From a virus (taxonomy: Duplodnaviria > Caudoviricetes): a stretch of 64,000 nt of DNA. Of the stretch, positions 51,116 through 60,785 are shown one piece after another. The first letter of the stretch is position 1, and the number at the start of each line of letters is the position of its first letter. The notes under the pieces are model-generated. The model made no database searches. It was not told the DNA's origin and saw only the letters and a program-made list of their open reading frames with translations. The stretch is from positions 11,088 to 75,087 of the IMG/VR virus record IMGVR_UViG_2974727065_000001; one strand, written 5' to 3'. The translations under genes were made by a program, and so were the position numbers.

Positions 51116-51604
51116 ATGTCTGTAGCAAACCAGTGGGATAGCACAACTCGTGGACCTCAGATGGCGGCTCCTGAAGGGATGACCATCTTCAAGTATCGTC
51201 TTGATACACAGCAGCCTGTGTTGAACCTCCCTCGTTATGCGAAGATCATTCGTTGTGAGAAGGATGAAACAGGAGATTGGATCTGGGCTATCGTAGATAT
51301 TCGTGAGACCCAGACAGAGGCGCGGTACTTCGAGCGTCATCGTATCCCTGCTCTCGAAGACTTCAAGGTCTTCATGAACGGTGACTACGACAAGATTCTG
51401 AGCATCCAGCACTACGAAGGGTTCACCTACATGTGGATCGAAACGGATGAGTCGGTTGAGAACCGTGGGTTCATTCCTTTCAAGGCTTTCAAGACAGGTG
51501 CTCAAATGCCGGACAACATCTTGGATGAGTATGAGTATGTCGGGTTCTACCCTATCTTCATTCAGATGGAACTCGGTCTGTATGTTTTCAAGGGGTACGA
51601 ATGA
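51116..51604 (+). CDS. Hypothetical protein with an internally duplicated small domain
   Basis: Two copies of KI.......(I/M)W...D.....E.R.F. Confidence 0.55.
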   Translation: MSVANQWDSTTRGPQMAAPEGMTIFKYRLDTQQPVLNLPRYAKIIRCEKDETGDWIWAIVDIRETQTEARYFERHRIPALEDFKVFMNGDYDKILSIQHYEGFTYMWIETDESVENRGFIPFKAFKTGAQMPDNILDEYEYVGFYPIFIQMELGLYVFKGYE

Positions 51605-51949
51605 TGTCGGAGAAGCTTTATCATAGCTCAAACAAAGACATCTTGGTCTTGATCCAAAAGACTGCGGTCTCAATGAAGGAACAAGACTTACGAGAGATTG
51701 AACTGTCTGTAACAGATACAGGTGGCTCCTACACCAACTTCAAACTCGAACTGAGGATCAAACGCTAATGAACAAGACCTACCTGATTTACGAAATGGGT
51801 CAAGAAGACCCCATCGCAGTCTGTGCAACAAAGATGCTCGCTCACGAGTTCATCGATGAGTACAACAAAGACGGTGACAAAGATGTCTGGTATGACACGG
51901 TCTCCGTCATCCAATACAAAGACGATGCAGTTTGGAAGGAAGCCCTGTA

Positions 51950-52342
51950 ATGCAAATCTACATCAACAGCCTGTTCCAACGTTTCACCTACACCCGTGAC
52001 GTGAAGCACCTTATCGACAACTGGAAGTACCCGAAGAAGGGATTCGATCGGGTCTTTGGTGACTGTGAGGACTTCTCACTTCAACTGTTGTATGACCTCG
52101 CTGGTCAAAGCAACTGGCGTTTCTGGTGGTACCTGATCAGTTTCCAAGCAGTGATCTGGCATGTGACGTCCTACAACGGGAATGGTCATGCAGTTCTCTG
52201 GTTCCGTGGTAAGTGGGCTGACAACATGGAACGCACTTGGTACACTACCGATATAATGCGGCATACGCGCAGGTTCCCTTACCTGTTCCCTCTGGTCGCT
52301 CTGAAACTCATTATGGCAAGGATTGTACATGGGAAGTCGTAA
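51950..52342 (+). CDS. Transglutaminase-like cysteine peptidase
   Basis: GDCEDF...GHAVL...DN Cys-His-Asp pattern. Confidence 0.65.
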   Translation: MQIYINSLFQRFTYTRDVKHLIDNWKYPKKGFDRVFGDCEDFSLQLLYDLAGQSNWRFWWYLISFQAVIWHVTSYNGNGHAVLWFRGKWADNMERTWYTTDIMRHTRRFPYLFPLVALKLIMARIVHGKS

Positions 52343-52889
52343 CTATTGGGTGATCTCAGACACCCACTTTGGTCATGAAAACATCTTGACCTTCAAAGAC
52401 TCTGTTGGGAAACCCCAACGTCCATTCAAAACTGTGGAGGAAATGAATGAATACATGGTTGATCGCTGGAACTCAGTTGTGGCTCCGGGAGATTATGTTT
52501 ACCACCTTGGTGACGTCTTCTTTGGTCCAAAGGAAGATTTCTCGCTGGTATGGTCTCGACTGAAAGGCAAGAAGAGGCTGATCGTAGGGAACCACGATGA
52601 CATCCCTTGGTTGGTCACTAACCGAGACAAGAACAATACGAAGTTCTTCCAGAAAATCGCTCTGTGGAGAATGTTGAAAGATTTCAATGCTCTCCTGACT
52701 CACGTTCCGGTTGACCCTTCAACTGTTCGAGAGAAACGCTTCGAAGGTGTCCGTATGCTTAATGTACACGGGCATATTCATTCAAATCCGTCACCTACTT
52801 GGGACCACTACTGCGTATCGGTTGAGCAGATCAACTACACACCGATGAACCTCGAAGACATCCGCGATATTGCAAAGTACAGGAGCTAA
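52329..52889 (+). CDS. Calcineurin-like metallophosphoesterase
   Basis: SDTHFGH, LGD, GNHD and HGHIH motifs. Confidence 0.9.
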   Translation: MGSRNYWVISDTHFGHENILTFKDSVGKPQRPFKTVEEMNEYMVDRWNSVVAPGDYVYHLGDVFFGPKEDFSLVWSRLKGKKRLIVGNHDDIPWLVTNRDKNNTKFFQKIALWRMLKDFNALLTHVPVDPSTVREKRFEGVRMLNVHGHIHSNPSPTWDHYCVSVEQINYTPMNLEDIRDIAKYRS

Positions 52890-52893
52890 CGCT

Positions 52894-53874
52894 ATGACCA
52901 CCATCACCAACGAATTCCGTAAGTTCACTTCCATCAACAAGTTCTCCGATGCGATGCACCAGATGTATCGTCAAGACGTGGACACTCTCCGTTACCGTCA
53001 AAAGATCAAGCTTCATGGTACGAATGCGGCTGTTCGTGTTATCGGCAACGATGTGTCCTTCCAGAAGCGTCGTTCTGATGTTTCTATCGGGGCCGACAAT
53101 GCAGGTTTCGCCTTCTGGGCTTCTCACATCGACTGGATCACAAGCACAAGCTCCGAAGATGAAGCCTACATCATTGATGGAGAGTGGGCTGGTCCGGGGG
53201 TTCAGAAGAGTGATGCTGTAACTCTGACTGACAAGAAACGCTTCTACGTGTTCGGAGTACGGGAACTGGAATCAGGGATCACTGTCTACGATCCTGACTT
53301 GATCCGAAACTATGTGCCGGAACATGAAGACATTGTGATCCTGCCGTATCACGGTGGTTACTTCGATGTGTTCAACGATAACCACGAGTCCAAGAAGTTC
53401 TATGCAGAAAGCATGAACCGGATGGTGGATCAGATTGGAGAGTGTGACCCCTTCATCAAGGAAATGTTTGGGGTGGAAGGAGCAGGTGAAGGTCTTGTCG
53501 GTTTCCCGATCACCGATGAAGGCTTCATCCCGACTGACACCTACAACACATTTGTTTTCAAGGCCAAGTCGGAAGCTCACCGGGTTCAGAAGACCAAGGT
53601 AGCTGCGAAGGTAGCGGTGGACATCCCTGATTGTGCTTTCGAGTTTGTTGACTCGTTTGTCACTGAGAACCGGATGAACCAGATGGTCGAGGAGTTTTGT
53701 GGCGGTGAGTTCACTTCCCAGAACATCGGTCCTTTCTTGAAGGCTCTTTCCCAAGATGTCATGAAGGAGTCCACCAATGAACTTGCTGCAGCGGGTCTTG
53801 AATGGAAACAGGTAAACAAACTGATCAACAAGAAAGGTGTTGATTGGTTCAAAGCGAAACAGGAGACTGTTTGA
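52894..53874 (+). CDS. RNA ligase (Rnl2-like)
   Basis: K.HGTN (motif I), GEW.G (III), F..F (IIIa), EGLV (IV) and FK.K (V). Confidence 0.8.
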   Translation: MTTITNEFRKFTSINKFSDAMHQMYRQDVDTLRYRQKIKLHGTNAAVRVIGNDVSFQKRRSDVSIGADNAGFAFWASHIDWITSTSSEDEAYIIDGEWAGPGVQKSDAVTLTDKKRFYVFGVRELESGITVYDPDLIRNYVPEHEDIVILPYHGGYFDVFNDNHESKKFYAESMNRMVDQIGECDPFIKEMFGVEGAGEGLVGFPITDEGFIPTDTYNTFVFKAKSEAHRVQKTKVAAKVAVDIPDCAFEFVDSFVTENRMNQMVEEFCGGEFTSQNIGPFLKALSQDVMKESTNELAAAGLEWKQVNKLINKKGVDWFKAKQETV

Positions 53875-54125
53875 TGACCAAAATCATCCATGTGAACCGT
53901 CAGCATATCGGAATGAATGCTAAGGACGGTGGCAATCGCCCTGTCTACACTATCAAAGATAATGGTGTAACTCGGTATGCAAGAGAGGTGGTCATCAATG
54001 GCCCCTCTCGAATGGTCTATAACGGAGACCAACTAAGATGCGGTGCAAGAGCGTGGATCGAAACAGAAGCGCCCCTCACCTTGATCGATGAAATGACGTT
54101 CAAAGAAGCACGTCACGCGGTCTAA
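53874..54125 (+). CDS. Conserved hypothetical phage protein
   Basis: IHVN...I..N.K...V.I.GPS...Y....L.CGAR.WIET pattern. Confidence 0.6.
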   Translation: MTKIIHVNRQHIGMNAKDGGNRPVYTIKDNGVTRYAREVVINGPSRMVYNGDQLRCGARAWIETEAPLTLIDEMTFKEARHAV

Positions 54126-54162
54126 ACCATAACCCTACTAACGTATCACAGAGGAAACCATA

Positions 54163-54819
54163 ATGGAAACTATTCTCGGCGGAACCATGCCGGAACCGAT
54201 CTCTCACTTGGAGGTCTCCAACAAAGAGTTCATGCTGTGGCAGTATGTCCCTATCAAACTTGCAGGGGATAATTATGAGGTGATCCCTCCAAACCTGAAG
54301 TGGGCAGAGCCTATAATCGAACGAGCAATTCAGGATTACGAAGGAACCCAACGAGGTACTTTCGACCACTACATCTATGTCACTGCCAAGAGTATGTGGG
54401 TTGGTGCCGACAATCCGGGAAACCGTCCGGGATGGCACATCGATGGTTTCATGACAGATGACACGAACTATGTCTGGTCGGATACCAATCCTACAGAGTT
54501 CTGGTGGGATCCTGATGAAGTTGGGGAACTTCCTATCTACGCTGATCATATCAAAAGCATGACCCAGATGGAGGTTCTTGCTGACTCGTACCCTTACTGG
54601 ATTACTCACTTCGAAGAGAAGACACTGGTACGTCTCGACTCAGGATGTGTTCACCGGGTTGCTCCGGGCGCTCCTGCTGGCTTCCGTAACTTTGTAAAGA
54701 TCTCCTTCTCTCGTGAGAAGTACCTTGCTGAAGGCAACTCCATCAATCACCAACTGAACTACGACTGGTCAAACGAACTGACCCCTCGCAAAGAAACCCG
54801 TAACTGCCCTCAAGGATAA
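54163..54819 (+). CDS. 2OG-Fe(II) oxygenase-like protein
   Basis: GWHIDG (HxD), distal H-R and R.F motifs of the double-stranded beta-helix fold. Confidence 0.55.
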   Translation: METILGGTMPEPISHLEVSNKEFMLWQYVPIKLAGDNYEVIPPNLKWAEPIIERAIQDYEGTQRGTFDHYIYVTAKSMWVGADNPGNRPGWHIDGFMTDDTNYVWSDTNPTEFWWDPDEVGELPIYADHIKSMTQMEVLADSYPYWITHFEEKTLVRLDSGCVHRVAPGAPAGFRNFVKISFSREKYLAEGNSINHQLNYDWSNELTPRKETRNCPQG

Positions 54820-55049
54820 CATCATGTTGAAGAACCCAACTGTCAATCTTCGGATTGAAGGCTTGCAACTCGTCTCCTACGTTGATACAGACTTCGGTGG
54901 ACCCGCAAGAAACGTCATTGCTGTCGATGATGACCCAGCCAACTTACAACGCAAAGGTGAGCTTGTTAGAGCGATGACACCTTCTGAGCAGCGTTGCATT
55001 TGGTACGACGAAAGAGAAGACGTATTTGGACTGAACAAGGAGAACGACC

Positions 55050-55955
55050 ATGCGTAACACACCAATGCTTATCGGCTCTCGTGCTATGGACTACTGGAAA
55101 GAAGGTCGGACAATCTTCGATCGGAAGACTGATTGGGACTTCATCTGTTCAAAGGTGATGTTCGACCTGATGAAAGAGAAAGTTAAGGATCGTCCTTTCG
55201 CTCACATGACTGATGAGCCTCGTTTGGAATGGCATGATCCAGATCACCTGAACAACGGCGAACTCTATGACAACTTCAAGGGTCGTTGTGGCGTTGAGGT
55301 TGTTGGTCTTTGGGGTGCAGTCCTGATTGCTCCTCCGAAACTTCTCTACATCCTGAAGCGTTCTCATGCGTGGCGGGATCGTAACCATGAGAAGACTCTC
55401 ACTCATCTTTGGAGGGAAGAACTCTACAAACACAAACCCTCACCAAACTCCTTCGATGAAGATCTGTTGAAGGAACGGATCAAACTCACCAAGAAGGCTT
55501 ACCCGCAAGGGAATCCTAACTTGAATCAGTCTGTCGAGGACTTCTTTGATGATCCTGTCAAGAAGGTTTTTGAACATGATTGGCTCCATGAGCTTTACGC
55601 TTATGACGGTGTACCGATGTATACTAAGCTCCAACCGGACCCTTCGAAGGCTTGGTGTGCCAAGGATAAGTGGGATCAACTGGCTCATTATGAGAAGTTG
55701 TATTGTGTTGCTGAAGAGACCTATGTGATCGCTACAGAGCGGTTCATGGTTCCTCGTGGTTGGAAGTACCCTGCACCACTCGCCTACTACAAAGCCTTGA
55801 ACAAGGTTTGCACAACTCTCTGCTCCGGTTGGTTCCGGGATTTTGCTATCGACAACTATGGACCTATCATGGATCTTATGGAGAAGAAACGCTTCGAAGA
55901 GATCCGCCGTAAGATAGGTGACGCTAAAGACAAAGGGGAAGCTCGTTATGCCTGA
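55050..55955 (+). CDS. Nucleotidyltransferase-like protein
   Basis: LIGSRA...DWD pol-beta-type signature at the N-terminus. Confidence 0.55.
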   Translation: MRNTPMLIGSRAMDYWKEGRTIFDRKTDWDFICSKVMFDLMKEKVKDRPFAHMTDEPRLEWHDPDHLNNGELYDNFKGRCGVEVVGLWGAVLIAPPKLLYILKRSHAWRDRNHEKTLTHLWREELYKHKPSPNSFDEDLLKERIKLTKKAYPQGNPNLNQSVEDFFDDPVKKVFEHDWLHELYAYDGVPMYTKLQPDPSKAWCAKDKWDQLAHYEKLYCVAEETYVIATERFMVPRGWKYPAPLAYYKALNKVCTTLCSGWFRDFAIDNYGPIMDLMEKKRFEEIRRKIGDAKDKGEARYA

Positions 55956-56676
55956 GTACCATGTTTATATGACTGTTAAGAACCAAGAGTGCTATGTCGT
56001 GGAGGCTGACTGTGAGAAGGAAGCTATCGAAATTGTTGAGAATGGTGATGGTACCTACAACTGGACTGAGCACGCTATCGAAGCTGAAGTGACTCACGCT
56101 GAGGAAGTGAAGGAAGAAGAAGATGTTGTTTGAGGACTGGTGGGAAACCGTAAAGGAAGAAATCAAAGACAACTGCGATAATCGTATGGATGAGTACGAT
56201 GCAGAATATTGGCTTCAGAAAGCTTTTGAAGCTGGTGAGAAGAACGCTAAACAAAACAACCGCTGATAGGAGACTACACAATGACCAACGTTAACTACAA
56301 AGACCTGCTGATCGCCACCCTGAAATCCAACCGTCAACTGTGCGAGTCTCTGATGGACTCTGAACCGGGCTACAATGTGCTTCACTATAGCCACGACATT
56401 CTTCAGAGCTTCTGCGATGGTGCTGAAGTACTGGATAACTACGGTGGTGAGAACCAAGGATCGACTTACTATTCTGTTGTTCGCTTTGAACTGAAAGATG
56501 GGCAGGGCTATGCCACCCTAAAATTCGAAGGTTGGTACGCGTCTTATAACGGTGCTGACTTTGAACGCTTCTTTGAAGTGTATGGTGTTGAAGTCACCAA
56601 GACCGAGTGGCGTCAAGGCTCTTCTGAGGAATACGAGCCGGGTTCCTATGAGGACTACAGCACAAGCTCCTACTAA
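55948..56676 (+). CDS. Small hypothetical proteins (55948-56133, 56281-56676)
   Basis: + strand ORFs with RBSs. Confidence 0.5.
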
Positions 56677-56681
56677 GAATT

Positions 56682-56702
56682 AGGGCCAAAACGGCCCTTT
56701 TT
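56682..56702 (+). terminator. Intrinsic terminator
   Basis: AGGGCC-AAAAC-GGCCCT followed by TTTT. Confidence 0.7.
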
Positions 56703-56705
56703 CAC

Positions 56706-56718
56706 GCATCTATAATGA
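56706..56718 (+). promoter_or_regulatory. Class I promoter core, copy 3
   Basis: GCATCTATAATGA, identical to the 3' 13 bp of the 24703/25150 repeats; again directly after a terminator. Confidence 0.65.
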
Positions 56719-56747
56719 ACCAAACACAATCCAAGAGGATATACCCT

Positions 56748-58730
56748 ATGTCTAACTTCAAAGCTTTCGCCCGTGCAATCGAAACTCAGTATGAAGAATT
56801 CGTCAAAGGCGAACTGTATGTTGTTGATATCAGCGACGAAGTGATCAAAGATGTTTACCTGAACTCCTTCCCAGAAGGAACCAACCCGGTCTACCTGACC
56901 AACACCGAGCATGACTGCTCCTGCTGTAAGCAATTCATCCGTAACATCGGGAAACTGGTTGCACTTGAGAACGGTCGCCGTATGACTGTTTGGGGTGTTG
57001 AAGGTCTTCCTTACCCTTATGATGTGGTTTCCGCCGCAATGGATGAACTTGTGATGAGTGCTCCGATCAAGACCGTGTTCCGTACCTCTGAGCGTCAGTT
57101 CGGTAAAGGTGAGACCCGTCAGGTTCTCGACAATGGTCAAGTCAAGACGTGGGATCACTTTGAGGGTCGTGTGGGTAACAAACACTACTGCTCTGATCCT
57201 GCTGCTCGTAGGTCTTCGATTGAGTCTGCTATGCAGGTCTTCCGTCGTGGTATGGAAGAACTGTCTCTGTCTGCTGTTGAGTCCGTCTTGGATCTCATCA
57301 AGGACAACAACCTGTATCGTGGTGAAGAGCACAAAACCGCTCTCACTGGCTTCCGTAAACTGAAGAAGGCTTATGAGAAGGCCAAAGACAAAGATGTGTT
57401 CCTTTGGGAGAACATCAACGATCGTTCTGCTCGCTTCCGTAACACTGTGATCGGCTCTCTCGTGATTGACCTCTCTAAAGGTGAGTCGCTGGACAAGGCT
57501 GTTCGTATGTTCGAAAGCAAAGTGGCACCTCATAACTATAAACGCCCGAAGGCTCTGATCACTCCCAAGATGATCGAAGCTGCGATGGACACTCTCCGTG
57601 AACTGGATCTGGGATCTTCTGTTGAGCGTCGCTTCGCAAAGATCGACGATGTGAGCGTCAATGACGTTCTGTTCGTGGACAACTCTGTTCAGGGTCAAAT
57701 GAAAGGTGGTCTTGAATCGCTTCTGATGGAGGAAGTCAAACCGAAGAAACCCAACTTCAAGAAAGCAACCAAAGTCTCGATTGAGGACTTCATGTCTTCT
57801 GTTGTTCCGAATGCAAAGTCGATCCATGTCTCCTTGGAGAACAAACACATGGGTAACTTTGTTAGCCTGACTGCACCTCAACACGAGGATAGTGGTCGCC
57901 TGTTTAAGTGGGGTAATGATTTCGCTTGGGCCTACGATGGTAACATCACAGACTCTATTCAAGAGCGAGTGAAGGCGGCTGGTGGTAAAGTGGATGGGGC
58001 TGCTCTCCGCTTCTCCCTTAGCTGGTTCAACTATGATGACCTCGACATCCATGTTCTGCCGCCGAATGGTCGTGAGATCTACTTCGGTAACAAACGAGAA
58101 GCTGGTGGTGAACTCGATGTTGACATGAACATTGGTGCAAGTACCCGTGAGGCTGTTGAGAACGTTCGCTGGATGACACGTCCGGCTGACGGTACTTACC
58201 GTGTGAAGATCCACAACTACACCAAACGTGAGTCGATTGATGTCGGGTTTGACCTGCAAGTTGCTGACTCGGTTGCTGTTCACAACTTCTCTTACCGGAA
58301 GCCTGTGTCTGGCAATAAACTGGCTGTTGATGTGGTGATTAAAGGTGGACTGATCCATTCGATCAAACCCGCTAAAGATGTCACGGGTGATACTCAACCT
58401 GTTGACAAGTGGGGAGTGAAGACCAATGCTCTCGTCAAGGTCCAGACCATGATGTTCTCTCCGAACTTCTGGGGTGACAATGAAGAGGGTAACAAACACT
58501 GGTTCTTCATTTTGGAAGGCTGTAAGAACGAGGAACCCGTACGCGGCTTCTTCAATGAATACCTGAACGGGAACCTCACCAAACATCGTAAGGTGTTCGA
58601 GGTTCTTGCTGACAAAACCAAGTGTGAGGTGACTGACAACCAACTGTCTGGTGTAGGCTTCTCGTCTACCAAGAAAGAGACTCTGAATGTGACCGTGGAC
58701 AACAAACCCTTCGAGATCACCTTCGGTTAA
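56748..58730 (+). CDS. Large conserved phage protein with a YfaP/DUF2135-like domain
   Basis: H.C.CC N-terminal motif; W...DDLD.HV..P.G..IYF...G.LDVD...VEN. Confidence 0.6.
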   Translation: MSNFKAFARAIETQYEEFVKGELYVVDISDEVIKDVYLNSFPEGTNPVYLTNTEHDCSCCKQFIRNIGKLVALENGRRMTVWGVEGLPYPYDVVSAAMDELVMSAPIKTVFRTSERQFGKGETRQVLDNGQVKTWDHFEGRVGNKHYCSDPAARRSSIESAMQVFRRGMEELSLSAVESVLDLIKDNNLYRGEEHKTALTGFRKLKKAYEKAKDKDVFLWENINDRSARFRNTVIGSLVIDLSKGESLDKAVRMFESKVAPHNYKRPKALITPKMIEAAMDTLRELDLGSSVERRFAKIDDVSVNDVLFVDNSVQGQMKGGLESLLMEEVKPKKPNFKKATKVSIEDFMSSVVPNAKSIHVSLENKHMGNFVSLTAPQHEDSGRLFKWGNDFAWAYDGNITDSIQERVKAAGGKVDGAALRFSLSWFNYDDLDIHVLPPNGREIYFGNKREAGGELDVDMNIGASTREAVENVRWMTRPADGTYRVKIHNYTKRESIDVGFDLQVADSVAVHNFSYRKPVSGNKLAVDVVIKGGLIHSIKPAKDVTGDTQPVDKWGVKTNALVKVQTMMFSPNFWGDNEEGNKHWFFILEGCKNEEPVRGFFNEYLNGNLTKHRKVFEVLADKTKCEVTDNQLSGVGFSSTKKETLNVTVDNKPFEITFG

Positions 58731-58776
58731 ATAAGACCAAACTGTACCTAATTTCTACTCCTGAAAGGAACCTACT

Positions 58777-59181
58777 ATGATGAACATCTTCGAACGTGCT
58801 ATCCGTGCAAAACTCCGCTTCAACTCCCGTGTTGGTGAACTGACCACTGAACAACTGTGGGATCTACCGCTCACGGCCCGTGGTAATGGTGTGAGCCTCG
58901 ACGGTCTGGCGAAGGCTGTGAACAAAGAACTGAAGGCTTCTGAAGAGGAAAGCTTCGTGGAGACTCCTTCGAAAGCTGACTCTGAAATGCAACTCCGGTT
59001 GGACATCCTGAAACACGTTATCGCTGACAAGCTGGCTCGTAAAGAGGCTGCTGCTAAGAAAGCTGAGAAGGCAGCACAGAAAGACACTCTGCTCCGTCTC
59101 TTGGAGAAGAAACAGCAGGAAGCTCTGGAAGGGCTTTCCGCTGAAGAGATTCAGGCCAAACTGGCTGAACTTGATAACTAA
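58777..59181 (+). CDS. Conserved hypothetical coiled-coil protein
   Basis: FE.A.R.KLRF...G.L..E.LWDL.L pattern. Confidence 0.65.
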   Translation: MMNIFERAIRAKLRFNSRVGELTTEQLWDLPLTARGNGVSLDGLAKAVNKELKASEEESFVETPSKADSEMQLRLDILKHVIADKLARKEAAAKKAEKAAQKDTLLRLLEKKQQEALEGLSAEEIQAKLAELDN

Positions 59182-59184
59182 CAA

Positions 59185-59212
59185 GGAGACCCCTTCGGGG
59201 GTTCCCTTTTTT
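59185..59212 (+). terminator. Intrinsic terminator
   Basis: GGAGACCCC-TTCG-GGGGTTCC followed by CTTTTTT. Confidence 0.85.
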
Positions 59213-59248
59213 ACCTCTTTTGCTACGATCATACAAGGAAAGCACACT

Positions 59249-60775
59249 ATGGAAAACTCGAACTTCAACCTGATGTACCAAGCCGACTTCTACAAAGTTT
59301 CTCACATTGCACAGTACCCTGATAACGTCTCTCACATCCACTCTACCCTTGTTGCTCGGAAGGCTTGCTACAACGACAACATCAGTAAAGAGGAGTTCAT
59401 GTGGTTCGGTCATAGCCTCTTCTTGGAGAAACTGGAAGCGTTCGAGCAGTGGTTCTTCACCTTGACCTTCGAAGAACTCTGTGATGTTCTCAAGGAATAC
59501 AAGATCTTCTTGGACACCCGTCTGGGTGCTGACATGGATGTTGCCCACTGGAATGAACTCTGGAAGGTGCGCTTCCTCCCGATCACAATCCATGCAATGC
59601 CGGAACGCTCCATCCAAAAGTTCCAGACCCCGCTACTGACTGTTGAGAACATCGACTCTCGTTTCCCTTGGTTGGTTGGATTCATTGAGACCACAATGTT
59701 GAGTAACATCTGGCCTGTCTCTACCGCTGCTAACCGTGCATGGCATATTCGTAAGGTTATTGAAGACTCTATGAAGAACCATACCGAAGAAGAACGAGAA
59801 GCGATCGACTTCATGGCTCACGACTTCTCTTATCGTGGTATGCCCGGTGATGAAGCAGCTATGTTGACTGGTTGTGGTCACTTGGCTAACTTCAAAGGGT
59901 CTGATACTATCCCTGCGGCTCGTGCTATGGAACGGGTTTATGGTGAGACCACTGGTTTCAGTGTTGCTGCTACTGAACACTCTGTTATGTGCGCTGGTGG
60001 TCAGGAAGACGAGATCGAGACCTTCAAACGTCTCATGAAGGTGTACCCGACAGGTATTCTCTCTGTGGTCTCTGACACTTGGGATTACTTCGGGACTCTC
60101 ACTGATATCCTTCCGAAGATGAAGTCCAAGATCATGAAGCGGGATGGAAAGCTGGTGATCCGTCCTGACTCTGGCAATCCAATCGATATCATTTGTGGGA
60201 AACCCTTCATCGATGCTTCTAAAGACTTCTATGAGGGTGACTCTCTGGAAGACTACCTGAATGATACTATTTGGGAAACCAATCTCAATGAAGGCGACAA
60301 AGGTCTTGTATGGGATGGTGTTGACTGGTGGTCTTTCGATGTTGAGCTGTTCTACGACTATGAGTGTGACTTTGTGTCTGTCAAGAACATTCAACCTCAT
60401 GAACGGACCTTTGAAGATCGCGGATCTCTTGAGCTTCTTGGTGAGACTTTCGGTTACACCTATGACAGTCAAGGTCTCAAGCTTCTTGATCCTCACATCG
60501 GTCTCATCTATGGTGACGGTATGAATCAAGAGCGTATCAAAGAAATCCTTGAGCGGATGGTCGCTCTCGGCTGGTCGCCTCTGAACATGGTGTTCGGTGT
60601 CGGCGCTTACACATACCAGTTTGTCACTCGTGATGAACTCTCTTGGGCCTTCAAAGCTACCGCAATCAAGCGGGATGGTGAATGGGTCGCTATCAAGAAA
60701 GATCCTAAGACTGATCCGGGCAAGGCATCGCTCTCTGGCCGTTTCTTTGAACCTGACTTTGTAAACATCTTCTGA
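59249..60775 (+). CDS. nadV: Nicotinamide phosphoribosyltransferase-like (NAMPT / Namat)
   Basis: DFYK.SH..QYP, HDFS.RG, A.EHSVM, S.VSDT.D, RPDSG.P, IYGD, YQ..TRD and KDP.TD.GK.S motifs. Confidence 0.9.
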   Translation: MENSNFNLMYQADFYKVSHIAQYPDNVSHIHSTLVARKACYNDNISKEEFMWFGHSLFLEKLEAFEQWFFTLTFEELCDVLKEYKIFLDTRLGADMDVAHWNELWKVRFLPITIHAMPERSIQKFQTPLLTVENIDSRFPWLVGFIETTMLSNIWPVSTAANRAWHIRKVIEDSMKNHTEEEREAIDFMAHDFSYRGMPGDEAAMLTGCGHLANFKGSDTIPAARAMERVYGETTGFSVAATEHSVMCAGGQEDEIETFKRLMKVYPTGILSVVSDTWDYFGTLTDILPKMKSKIMKRDGKLVIRPDSGNPIDIICGKPFIDASKDFYEGDSLEDYLNDTIWETNLNEGDKGLVWDGVDWWSFDVELFYDYECDFVSVKNIQPHERTFEDRGSLELLGETFGYTYDSQGLKLLDPHIGLIYGDGMNQERIKEILERMVALGWSPLNMVFGVGAYTYQFVTRDELSWAFKATAIKRDGEWVAIKKDPKTDPGKASLSGRFFEPDFVNIF

Positions 60776-60785
60776 GGAAAACACT

